In this document: positions 49,492 to 58,738 of the stretch, in pieces
Numbering within the stretch: position 1 is the first letter of the stretch
Layout: the number at the start of each line of letters is the position of its first letter
Source of the DNA: a bacterium
Lineage (GTDB): Bacteria > Electryoneota > JAOADG01
Length of the DNA: 64,000 nucleotides
Direction of reading: 5' to 3'
Assembly: GCA_963681965.1 (NCBI GenBank)
Contig: OY820579.1
Span: 3,840,001 to 3,904,000, forward strand
Notes under the pieces: generated by a model
Databases searched by the model: none
Seen by the model: the letters and a program-made list of their open reading frames with translations, nothing else
Told to the model about the DNA's origin: nothing
Translations under genes and position numbers: made by a program

Positions 49492-51000
49492 TTATGCTTC
49501 ATTGATTTCTTCCATGGTAAGGATCGCATATTCCGGAGCGAATGGGAGCTGAATCGTGAATGTCGAACCGCTGCCCGGTATGCTTTCCACTTTAATGTCT
49601 CCACCGTGACGGCGAATAATTCCGCGACAAATCGCCAATCCGAGACCCGTTCCATTGTGCTTGGTGGTGAAGAACGGTTTGAAAATCAGATCCAATTTTT
49701 CTTCTTCAATTCCGACGCCGGTGTCGGTGACCGATATCTGCATCAACTTGGTCGATAGATTGCAACTCTGCGCCACCGATAATTTTCCACCATTTGGCAT
49801 CGCCTGAATCGCATTCATGATAAAATTCACAAGCACCTGTTGAATTTGTTCCACATCGGCGACTATTTCCGGTGCCTCCGGATCTAATGTTACATCTACT
49901 ACTATATTTACGAGTTTTGCTTTCTGATCTGTTAGTTGCATTGCCTGTGAAATGACCTTATCGATCCGGCAGGGTACCATCCACGGCGGTCGAGGACGGG
50001 AATAAGACAGGAGACTATTGACAGCATTGTCGACTCGGCGGATTTGTCGCAATATTTCTTCAAAAATGGGTTTATTTGCCGAATTTTCGTGAGAATCGTT
50101 CAATAGTACCTGCATCGCGCCCGAGATACCCGCTACCGGGTTTTTGATCTCATGCGCCATTCCGGCAGCTAACTCACCGACATTTGCCAACTTATCCGCA
50201 CGCTGCAACTCGTTGAGGTGGGCGATCCGCAATTCCTCCCGCATCTGATTGAGCCGGTCGATCATCCCGTTGAAGGCGAGTGCCAGCGACCCCATTTCCC
50301 TGGAATCGTCGATCGGGATATGCGATTTAAAATTCCCCTGCTCCACCTCTTTTATTGCGGTATTCATCAATCTGATATTGGTCTGAACAAACCGGAGATG
50401 CACACCGGAAATCACGACAATCAAGGCGGTAATGACAATCAGCGCGACCAGAATATCGTTGCGTTGGTGGATCGATAATTCGCGGCGAATATCGGAAATA
50501 TCCCCTTCGATACTGAGATACCCGATATAAGGGCTGGGATCGTCATGACACGCGATGCAGCGCGGTTCTTTCAGAATTCTCCGCGTCACCGTCATCATAT
50601 CTTTTTTTTCGTCGATAATTTCGTGGGTATTGGGTAGATCCTTGACATTGGAATAGGAGAATTTCGCGATTTGTGGAATGACCATCCCGACATCGGTTTG
50701 ATTGCTGCTATAGCGAACCAACCCTCCGTTAGTAAGAATTCGGATCGATTTGATATGGGTCTGGTGGCGAAGACCATTCAACGAGTTATGAATCTCGGTG
50801 GGATTGTTATTGTTCATGAACAGCATAATACCGTTCATCGTCACCTGCAGCATGGATTCCTGCAGGATCTGGCGCTGGGTAATCAAGCGCTCTTTTTGCG
50901 TTTTGATTGCCACGACACTCACGCCGATAATAGGGAGCAATAGTGCAATCCCCATTGCGACAAAGATTTTTCGCCGTAGGCTAAATCGCTTCGTAGACAT
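49492..51000 (-). CDS. Sensor histidine kinase with periplasmic heme-c motif (CIACH) and HAMP domain
   Basis: Two TMs flanking CIACH; HAMP EMGSLA.AFN.M; [14 protein letters not shown]; NAIQA; DTGVGI; GTGLGL. Confidence 0.92.
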   Translation of the reverse strand: MSTKRFSLRRKIFVAMGIALLLPIIGVSVVAIKTQKERLITQRQILQESMLQVTMNGIMLFMNNNNPTEIHNSLNGLRHQTHIKSIRILTNGGLVRYSSNQTDVGMVIPQIAKFSYSNVKDLPNTHEIIDEKKDMMTVTRRILKEPRCIACHDDPSPYIGYLSIEGDISDIRRELSIHQRNDILVALIVITALIVVISGVHLRFVQTNIRLMNTAIKEVEQGNFKSHIPIDDSREMGSLALAFNGMIDRLNQMREELRIAHLNELQRADKLANVGELAAGMAHEIKNPVAGISGAMQVLLNDSHENSANKPIFEEILRQIRRVDNAVNSLLSYSRPRPPWMVPCRIDKVISQAMQLTDQKAKLVNIVVDVTLDPEAPEIVADVEQIQQVLVNFIMNAIQAMPNGGKLSVAQSCNLSTKLMQISVTDTGVGIEEEKLDLIFKPFFTTKHNGTGLGLAICRGIIRRHGGDIKVESIPGSGSTFTIQLPFAPEYAILTMEEINEA

Positions 51001-51135
51001 TTGTTACAGTCTTATTTTGGGTGAATTAACAGCACAATAGAAAGACATTCGCAAGGATCCCCCCAAGCGGGCACGTCTTTCGGAAGATATAACACGCAGT
51101 TACGTTAGGCAAGAAAAATTACATAAAATACCGGT

Positions 51136-51639
51136 TTATTTATCTTTCGATTTTTCATCATCTTTCGACCAAGACAAGCCATCATAGCTCAATAGCGCAA
51201 AATACAATTTTTGTGATTGATTGTCGGTATGACCCATCATTTTGCTCATTCCAAAATAGGGCATCGTTTTAAACGCCCAGCTATTGTACAGCACGGAATC
51301 GTTCTTGAGCACTGTGACGCGGATCGCGGGATTTTTTTCTTCGCGCGAGAAATTCACCGGTTTTCCCTTGATCATCCAGTGACAATAAAAATCGGATACG
51401 CGAATCGATTGACCGGTTTTTCCGACTGGATATACTTTACCGGGAATCAACGTCATCGGCGGTAACGTATCGCCGTTGCTGGTCAATACGGATATCACCA
51501 CGGATTTTACCAGTGGCAAAGTAGGCGTGTGCTGCACGGAATCGGGATTGACCATACTCGATGGTGGAAATGCGAAAACCGCATTGGACAAAAACAACGC
51601 GAACAGAATTACCAAGACGAAGAGAAAAGATTTTTTCAC
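51136..51639 (-). CDS. Secreted hypothetical protein (DUF2155 / ResB-subdomain-like)
   Basis: Signal peptide; I.V.DF.......NFS.E.KNPA.RV.V......Y..W.F...P pattern. Confidence 0.55.
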   Translation of the reverse strand: MKKSFLFVLVILFALFLSNAVFAFPPSSMVNPDSVQHTPTLPLVKSVVISVLTSNGDTLPPMTLIPGKVYPVGKTGQSIRVSDFYCHWMIKGKPVNFSREEKNPAIRVTVLKNDSVLYNSWAFKTMPYFGMSKMMGHTDNQSQKLYFALLSYDGLSWSKDDEKSKDK

Positions 51640-51699
51640 TGATCCACCATTACTTTCAAAACTGCGCGATATTGCGCAACCGATAAAAAAATAGATACA

Positions 51700-52380
51700 A
51701 GATAGATTGCCACACCCCCTGCGGGGCGGGTTCGCAATGACAGAAAAATAGGTTTCAATGTGGCGGGGCTAAAGCCCCACCTCCAACAAAGGGCAAACGC
51801 CCAGATTGTTGTTATGGTAGGGGCGGTTCGTGAACCGCCCGTGTCCATTCAGGATGCACAAACACCAGCGCGATTGCCACAGCCCATGCGGGTTCGCAAT
51901 GACAGAAAAAAAGAAAAAAGAGCGGGCGGACACGGGGGTCCGCCCCTACTGAATACAGGACACAAGATGAGTCGGAATAAATTCCGACCTACCGAAAAAA
52001 AGTGAATCGCAGGCTCGGAGGCTTGCGCAACCAAGACAGAATCAAGATCACAAGATGAGTCGGAATAAATTCCGACATACCGAAAAAAGTAATCGCAGGC
52101 TCGGAGGCCTGCGCCACCAGGACAGAATCAAGATCACAAGATGAGTCGGAATGAATTCCGACATACCGAAAAAAGTAATCGCAGGCTCGGAGGCCTGCGC
52201 CACCAGGACAGAATCAAGATCACAAGATGAGTCGGAATGAATTCCGACATACCGAAAAAAGTAATCGCAGGCTCGGAGGCCTGCGCCACCAAGACAGAAT
52301 CAAGATCACAAGATGAGTCGGAATAAATTCCGACCTACCGAAAAAAAAGTGAATCGCAAGCTCGGAGGCATGTGCTACAA
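51700..52380. repeat. REP cluster with five ~86-88-bp tandem two-hairpin units (BIME-like)
   Basis: CAAGATGAGTCGGAAT(A/G)AATTCCGAC...CGCAGGCTCGGAGGCCTGCG units starting at ~51963, 52051, 52137, 52223, 52309. Confidence 0.9.
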
Positions 52381-52386
52381 AAAAAA

Positions 52387-54588
52387 CTATCTGACGACTG
52401 CGACTTTCGGATAACTCTTCATCGGGATCGATCCATGTCGCCGATTCGTTTCCGTGCTCGAAGATTGCGTCTCTTCCATCGTGATTTTTCGGAATGAGTA
52501 TTTCATCAGCACCGGTTCTTTCACGACTTCTTTCAGGACGTCTTCCGGCAATTCCAGCGCCGTCTTGAAGTGCTTCGACCACTTCTTGAAATATGCCTTG
52601 TCGAGCAATGGATAGCTTTCCAGCAATTTGCCGTCGGCGGAATACTGCTTCAGCGTGAACAGCAGATCCTTGCTGTTTTCGACATCCATCGGGAAGACGT
52701 AGCGTTGCTGTTTCTTCAGCTTGATCTTCTTCCGCTCGCTCTTCGCGACGACGGTTTCCGGTTTCGTCTTGCCGCTATCTCCCGCTGCAGCACCCTTCAA
52801 GATCAGCGGTTCCGCAACCACTTCCAGATAACCATCGACGGCTTGCGTCGCGTCTTTATTCTGCAACGTGACAGCGACCGAGACATTGTCGGAATCTTCG
52901 CGAATCGTCCAATCCATCATCCGCGCTGGATATGGTTTCGCATCGGTCATCTTCTCCGGTTTCGATGGTCCGTTGGGATGCAAGTGCAAGAACAACTGCG
53001 GCGATTCGAGATGCGATACGCTATTGACCAGCACCCACTGCTCGGCAGCACTCAACAATCCGACACGGTAATCGATCTTGCTGGGATAACTGACATCGAC
53101 TACGAGTGCTTCATTCGCTTTAATTTCGCCAATACCGTCGAGGATCTGACGGACGCTGTTGCCGAGATCCATCAATTCTTCGGCAGTTCGCGGTTTACGG
53201 CAATCAAATTCTTCGAAATACGAAGGTGACGCATACCCGTTTCGCACCACACTCTGGAACATTGAGGCTTTATGATTACCTTCGAGTTCGACGCGACGAT
53301 TCAACTGCTGTCCGGCATCGGTAGCACGTTTATCGTTCGGCACTTCCTTACCGGCAGCACCCATGATCAAGCGGTTTGCCGGAATACCGGATTCGCTGAG
53401 AACCTGTTTGGCAACCGTGAGGGTACGAGCCAAGCTCATTGCCCGGTTGACACTATATCCACCTTCAAAGTCGGTGTGACCGGTGGCGATCATCAAGAGA
53501 TTGCCATTCAAGCGCGACAGATCGTGATTGACTTCGGACAAAACTTTTTGTTCCGAAGAATTCAGGACATAACTGCCGCGATCGAAGAAAAGGCGCGCTT
53601 TGATACTCGGATTGCGCGAAGTCTGAATACTATCGGTCTTGGAAACAACCCCGGCGCCGGTTTCCGCAGGTGGCGGTGTACCTTTGTCCAATTCCATATA
53701 GGACTGATCGGTGTCGGTCGTTGCATCCAGCGGGAATACTAACCCTTCGGCGTGCTTACCATTATAGGAAATCTTTTTCGATTCCGCCGAGAATGAAACA
53801 CCAATGAAATACTGCCAATCGTATGTACTATGCGATACGCCGACACCACCACCCAACGCGAATTGGATATTCGGTTTCCACTGATACTTCAATCCGGTCA
53901 ATGCCGTCACCGAAACCGGTTTATCGAAGATACTGTTTGACGTCGCCAACAGATCGGAGGTGAACATGAACTGACTGGCAATCAAGCGATCCATGCCCGC
54001 GCCGATATTATCGCGGTTTCGCGTCCGCTCGGAAGGGGCGATGAAATGACTGGCATATAGGTGAAGATGATAACCGTTACCGAGCCGGAATGTATTGATC
54101 ACTTGAATGCCCGGAACAGCGCCATCGTGCTTGAAAGTATCGTTTGCGACGGGGCTGCGTTCGACCAATCCGGCAAATGCCATCCGCCAAGTGCTGGTAT
54201 TGGTGCCGATCGGACGATATTTCACCGACAACAGCGTATGCCCCTCGAAATGCGCGGGCGGCGTCTTCGTACCCCAGATACTCGGGAACGAGAAACCGAC
54301 GTCGATATCGGGACTCAAACCAGTCGTGAGAAACAGCGGGGTTTCGCTGTATTGCAGTGAACCGAATGCAAGCGAACGGTAATAGAAACCGGTACCGAAA
54401 CTGCCGGCAGGATACGGATCGGCACTCGGGGCGATAATTGCACCATGCTGTCCGGTAATGGTCTGTGCGAAACTTCCCGACACAAGAGCGATCAACAAGA
54501 AAATGAAAACTACGGTCGGAACACAGTTGGTAACCGACCAGCGAGAACTGTCAGCGCGAAACAAAGTAGATGTGCGTCGACAGATCAT
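52387..54588 (-). CDS. OmpA-family protein: N-terminal predicted beta-barrel, OmpA-like peptidoglycan-binding domain, C-terminal extension
   Basis: LFFDRGS..L, GHTD..G....N..MS..R, G.G...P, NRRVEL; alternating aromatic strands in the N-terminal part; ATGA overlap with the upstream gene. Confidence 0.75.
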   Translation of the reverse strand: MICRRTSTLFRADSSRWSVTNCVPTVVFIFLLIALVSGSFAQTITGQHGAIIAPSADPYPAGSFGTGFYYRSLAFGSLQYSETPLFLTTGLSPDIDVGFSFPSIWGTKTPPAHFEGHTLLSVKYRPIGTNTSTWRMAFAGLVERSPVANDTFKHDGAVPGIQVINTFRLGNGYHLHLYASHFIAPSERTRNRDNIGAGMDRLIASQFMFTSDLLATSNSIFDKPVSVTALTGLKYQWKPNIQFALGGGVGVSHSTYDWQYFIGVSFSAESKKISYNGKHAEGLVFPLDATTDTDQSYMELDKGTPPPAETGAGVVSKTDSIQTSRNPSIKARLFFDRGSYVLNSSEQKVLSEVNHDLSRLNGNLLMIATGHTDFEGGYSVNRAMSLARTLTVAKQVLSESGIPANRLIMGAAGKEVPNDKRATDAGQQLNRRVELEGNHKASMFQSVVRNGYASPSYFEEFDCRKPRTAEELMDLGNSVRQILDGIGEIKANEALVVDVSYPSKIDYRVGLLSAAEQWVLVNSVSHLESPQLFLHLHPNGPSKPEKMTDAKPYPARMMDWTIREDSDNVSVAVTLQNKDATQAVDGYLEVVAEPLILKGAAAGDSGKTKPETVVAKSERKKIKLKKQQRYVFPMDVENSKDLLFTLKQYSADGKLLESYPLLDKAYFKKWSKHFKTALELPEDVLKEVVKEPVLMKYSFRKITMEETQSSSTETNRRHGSIPMKSYPKVAVVR

Positions 54589-55865
54589 TTCTTATGACAC
54601 TCCTGACAAAGCTGCGACATCGAAGCCGCTTTAGTAAACAACTTCGCATTCTCCGTCGCATGGGGATTATGACAAGAGATGCAGGAGAGCTCGCGCTTGG
54701 TGTTGTTAGGATCGCGGACACCGGACAACGGGTGCTTCATCACCGGATGATCTTTGGCGTATTTCGGTTCGTGGCAGGAGAGACACAATTTATTGACATC
54801 GGTGATAAGCAAGCTGAGTTGACTGCTGCTATGCGTAGTATGACACGACATACACTCCCCGCCTTCGAACGGAGCGTGTTTGACCTTGGCTTTGTCGACC
54901 AGATCTTTCAAATCGGAATGACACTCGAAACAAGTTTCCGCGGAATTGCGAGCTTTCGAAACGGGATATCCGGGCACCTTGGGGGTTGAAGCCGAATGAC
55001 AATAGAAACACGTCCAATCGGTTAATGGCGGATGCACACTCTTGCCGACGGTTTCCCACGCATGGCAGGGATAACACATTCGGGTCACGGCGGTGGTAGA
55101 ACCGATTTCGTACGCATTCGGTTGCATCCGGTGACATTCGGCACAGACTTTTTCCGATTCACCGGTATGGAAATTGTTCGCCGTGAAATTATCAATATCC
55201 TCGATATTCGCATCGAAGCTCGGCTTGTAATTGAATGAAACCGTCTTCTCTTCGATGATGCGCCAACCCGCCGCCATGGCACGGATCACGTAATCGTTCC
55301 GTCCCGGTGCCAAATCGATCCGAAAGACGAAGATCCTCCCCATCTTTTCCCGACGGCGTGCTTGCGTCAGATCGATCATTCGACCCTGCAATCCGGAGAC
55401 TTCGAACTTCATTGTAGAGATCGCAGTATCGGCGAGCGCTTTTTCATAAATCTTCAGGAACTCCGGCAACTGAGTGAATTTGCGCAGATCGACCCGATCC
55501 GCCGCCTTGCACTGGGTGTTGAGTATGACTGGTTTCTTGCCGGGATCTTTCGGTTGAATCGTGAGTGTGAAATTCGTGATCAATAAATTCTTGTCGAACA
55601 TCTTCTTGACGATGCGGACAAAATCGTCATTCAGATGATATGAATTCACTTCAAGGGTTTCGCTCTTTTGAATCGCCTGCGTCAATTCGAGAAACATCAC
55701 ACGCAAAGTATCGACTTCACCTACGATATAATGTCGCGGGGTGGTGACGGTGGCTTTATCGGTCGCCGGGAAATAGAGATTGATTGCCGAAGTCGCGCCG
55801 AACACGGCGATCGCGACGATCGACAACACAACCACTACTAACAAACCGATAAGACTACGCTTCAT
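54585..55865 (-). CDS. Octaheme cytochrome c (paired CXXCH type) with heme-free N-terminal region
   Basis: CAECH, CYPCH, CFYCH, CFECH, CMSCH, CLSCH, CISCH, CQECH. Confidence 0.9.
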   Translation of the reverse strand: MKRSLIGLLVVVVLSIVAIAVFGATSAINLYFPATDKATVTTPRHYIVGEVDTLRVMFLELTQAIQKSETLEVNSYHLNDDFVRIVKKMFDKNLLITNFTLTIQPKDPGKKPVILNTQCKAADRVDLRKFTQLPEFLKIYEKALADTAISTMKFEVSGLQGRMIDLTQARRREKMGRIFVFRIDLAPGRNDYVIRAMAAGWRIIEEKTVSFNYKPSFDANIEDIDNFTANNFHTGESEKVCAECHRMQPNAYEIGSTTAVTRMCYPCHAWETVGKSVHPPLTDWTCFYCHSASTPKVPGYPVSKARNSAETCFECHSDLKDLVDKAKVKHAPFEGGECMSCHTTHSSSQLSLLITDVNKLCLSCHEPKYAKDHPVMKHPLSGVRDPNNTKRELSCISCHNPHATENAKLFTKAASMSQLCQECHKK

Positions 55866-55881
55866 TTATTTGTGGATCCCC

Positions 55882-57627
55882 TTAATAATTTGCCGGATCG
55901 TGAGTGTGACTATGACACGTGATGTAGCAACTACCGTGATTGGCACCCTGATCGACGAACTCCAATCGCCCGCTCGGCGCCGGTAAGATCCGGGGATCGG
56001 TAAGATCGAAATTGATCAGGTGGTAATTGCGCGAACCGTGCGAATTGTGACAAGTTTTACACGAAAATTGATTGGTCACGACATGCGCCGAATGATTGGG
56101 AAACCGGCTCAAGGTCGCATTGAATAGCGTTGTCCGGTCATGGCACGAGTAACATAGCGCATAGGTCGAACTACCCTCGGCAGTACCCGAAGTCGCAGTA
56201 TACTGATTCTTCAATAACGGTGTGTAGTCCGATCCATGTGGTCCCTGTGCACCGGACGGATCGTTGTTTCCGTGACAACTGGTGCAATTCATCGTCGATG
56301 TCGCCGTCCATGGAGCTAACAATCCGGGTACAAACGAGTTCGTTCCGGGTGCGACTACCGGATGGAAACTTCGATTCAAAGGATCGAATTCAGTCCGTTT
56401 ATTGATTTCATTCGGCGGCAGATTCTGGGAATCGCCGTGGCACTTCAAACAGATTTGATATTCGTACGTTGCCGGGCTGATCTTGACACCACTGATTGTC
56501 ACTCCCCACTCTTGCCGAAGGGTACCGTTGATTTGTCCAATCGTATCGGTATTGGTAACGGCGTGCGCATTGTGGCAATCGGCGCATTCGACGTGTCGTG
56601 TTACCGTCGGTGACTGTTCGGGTAAATAAGAAGACGGTGGCGGTGTCGAATTCAGCGGACCTTCACCGGCATCGTGAATACCGTTTGTCAGGGCAACGGG
56701 ATGTCGACTCGCTTTATTGAATACCGTCACAATTTCAGTCGCGCCGACGGTTTCCAGCGCCGAATTGCGGTTGCCATCGTGACAGGTGTAGCACAAATTC
56801 TCTTCGGACTGTCGGAGCAAACGCGGAGCCGGCGCACCATGATCGACATGACAACTGCTGCAGGCTTGATCGACCAACTGACGATGCTGCGAACTGGTGG
56901 GGTGGCTGTGTTCGGAAACATTCCAACCCGATTTCACATGGCAAGTGACACACAACGCACCTTGCGCCGGATTCATCACTAGAAATTTGCCTTCGGTATT
57001 GTTATGCGGATCGTGACAACTGCGACATTGAACGACGTTGTGACGATCGAGCTTCACGGCAGAACCAACGGGCGGTGCCGAAATTTCCAAATCCTCGGTA
57101 GACAATTCCATCGAGATCGGGTGATCGTCATACAACACCGATCCAAGATTCGCCGAACCGGGCGGCATCATTCCCAATGCCGTGGTGCCAGTCATGGAAA
57201 TTTGACTCGGTTGACTGAGCACCAGACCCAGTGCGATCGTACCGTCGTGGCACGAGAGACAAATTCGCGAAGAACCTTCGGGCTGACCGACGCTAGCTTG
57301 CATCGATCCGCCGGAAGGATAGGTCGTGTAATAGACGGCAGACAATTCGCGATTCCACAATGGCGCTTCAACCGATGCACTGTGCGGTGTGTGGCAAAAT
57401 ATACAGACTTGACTTTCCTGCGAGGCGCGAATGGTGCCGGGACCGGTGATCGATAAATTGTGCGGAGTATTCGAAATCTGACGATACTGCGGTTGAGCGG
57501 ATGCAGATAAGGCGATGGTTAGAAATAGCATCGAAACGACAAGCGAAAGCCTGTTCCGGATTTCCGAAACAGCTCCAAGATTCAGTGATACATTTCGATA
57601 CGCTTTTTTCATGCTCGCGTTCTGCAC
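55882..57627 (-). CDS. Multiheme cytochrome c (11 CXXCH + 1 CX3CH) with OmcE-like N-terminal tetraheme domain; start uncertain
   Basis: CIFCH, CLSCH, CRSCH, CVTCH, CSSCH, CYTCH, CADCH, CLKCH, CTSCH, CYSCH, CKTCH, CYITCH. Confidence 0.9.
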   Translation of the reverse strand: MQNASMKKAYRNVSLNLGAVSEIRNRLSLVVSMLFLTIALSASAQPQYRQISNTPHNLSITGPGTIRASQESQVCIFCHTPHSASVEAPLWNRELSAVYYTTYPSGGSMQASVGQPEGSSRICLSCHDGTIALGLVLSQPSQISMTGTTALGMMPPGSANLGSVLYDDHPISMELSTEDLEISAPPVGSAVKLDRHNVVQCRSCHDPHNNTEGKFLVMNPAQGALCVTCHVKSGWNVSEHSHPTSSQHRQLVDQACSSCHVDHGAPAPRLLRQSEENLCYTCHDGNRNSALETVGATEIVTVFNKASRHPVALTNGIHDAGEGPLNSTPPPSSYLPEQSPTVTRHVECADCHNAHAVTNTDTIGQINGTLRQEWGVTISGVKISPATYEYQICLKCHGDSQNLPPNEINKRTEFDPLNRSFHPVVAPGTNSFVPGLLAPWTATSTMNCTSCHGNNDPSGAQGPHGSDYTPLLKNQYTATSGTAEGSSTYALCYSCHDRTTLFNATLSRFPNHSAHVVTNQFSCKTCHNSHGSRNYHLINFDLTDPRILPAPSGRLEFVDQGANHGSCYITCHSHTHDPANY

Positions 57628-57652
57628 TACAATCTACTCAGTACATCTCTCA

Positions 57653-58738
57653 CTATTTATTGATTTTCGGGTCTCCCGGTTCGTTCCGGTCGAGATACTG
57701 AAACACTTGGATCATGCCGTGGTACGTATCGGCAAGATAAATTCGATCCTGACGATCGATCCATATTCCGCCCGGAAGATTGAATTTACCCGGCTCCGGA
57801 TTGCCGGTTTCGCCGAAATTCAGCAACAATCTACCGGCATCGTCGAACAATTGCACTGTCCCGAACAAAGCATCGACGACATACAAATGATTTTTCGAAT
57901 CGACGGCTATCCCTTTCGGTCGTGCAAACGATCCGACGGCGTTCCCCGCCTTTCCGATACTCTGTAACATCGAACCGTCGCTGCGTAATTTCTTCACCCG
58001 GAAATTCAGCGCGTCGGTCACCAGCAAAGTATCGCCACTCATCGCAAGGCTGGTAGGGGTATTCAGACCGAGTGTCGAATCGCCGGCTGTGCCAAATCGA
58101 CCGACACACTCGCCACTCAAGCGATACTTACCAATCTTGTTGCCACCGGCATCGGACACAAAGAGCAATTGATTTTTGGCATCCCACGCGATACCGACCG
58201 GTCGACTGCATTCGGGATCGAATTCGCGGATCGGGTCCAGATTGTGCGAATACACGATTACTTTCCGGATCGACGAATCGACGACATAAACGGAATCGTT
58301 GGCTCCGACAGCCATCGAAACCGGCGACACCAGCCGCGCTTTGACGGTGGCATCCTGCATCCGGTAGTGATTCGGTTTCTGATGAAACAGATACAACCGC
58401 CCCGACATATCCGCGACATAAATCGTGCCATCGCTCCCAGTCGCTACTGCAATCGGTTGCTTCAGTTTGCGCAGATTCGATTTACCCAGTAACCGGACGA
58501 ATAAATTCTCTTTGATATCGAGATCTTCCGGGGTCGCAAAGGCGTAGAGATATCGAATTCGCGCGATCGCCGGAGCCGGGGGATAGACCACCGTGCCATT
58601 CGATTTCATCGCTTTGTTCGTGGCATCCGGACTGCAACTGCTGAGAAAGAGCAAAATGACTGCACCGATCGCCGTTATCCCGCAGGAGAACCAGCGTCGA
58701 ACCAATAATCGATCAATTTCCAAACGTCCGTGACGCAT
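57653..58738 (-). CDS. NHL-repeat beta-propeller lipoprotein
   Basis: Lipobox LSSC; YPP.P...RIRYL; FARPKGIAVDS..HLYVVD; paralog of 42649-43677. Confidence 0.9.
   Translation of the reverse strand: MRHGRLEIDRLLVRRWFSCGITAIGAVILLFLSSCSPDATNKAMKSNGTVVYPPAPAIARIRYLYAFATPEDLDIKENLFVRLLGKSNLRKLKQPIAVATGSDGTIYVADMSGRLYLFHQKPNHYRMQDATVKARLVSPVSMAVGANDSVYVVDSSIRKVIVYSHNLDPIREFDPECSRPVGIAWDAKNQLLFVSDAGGNKIGKYRLSGECVGRFGTAGDSTLGLNTPTSLAMSGDTLLVTDALNFRVKKLRSDGSMLQSIGKAGNAVGSFARPKGIAVDSKNHLYVVDALFGTVQLFDDAGRLLLNFGETGNPEPGKFNLPGGIWIDRQDRIYLADTYHGMIQVFQYLDRNEPGDPKINK

Noticed and set aside
49401-49655. N-terminal extension of the sigma54 regulator
   Set aside because: It overlaps the kinase 3' end; the receiver domain and a GGAGAGG RBS point to 49400.
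51963-52380. Regular repeat array resembling CRISPR
   Set aside because: The intervening sequences are themselves repeated, not unique spacers; the units are REP hairpins found elsewhere; no cas genes.
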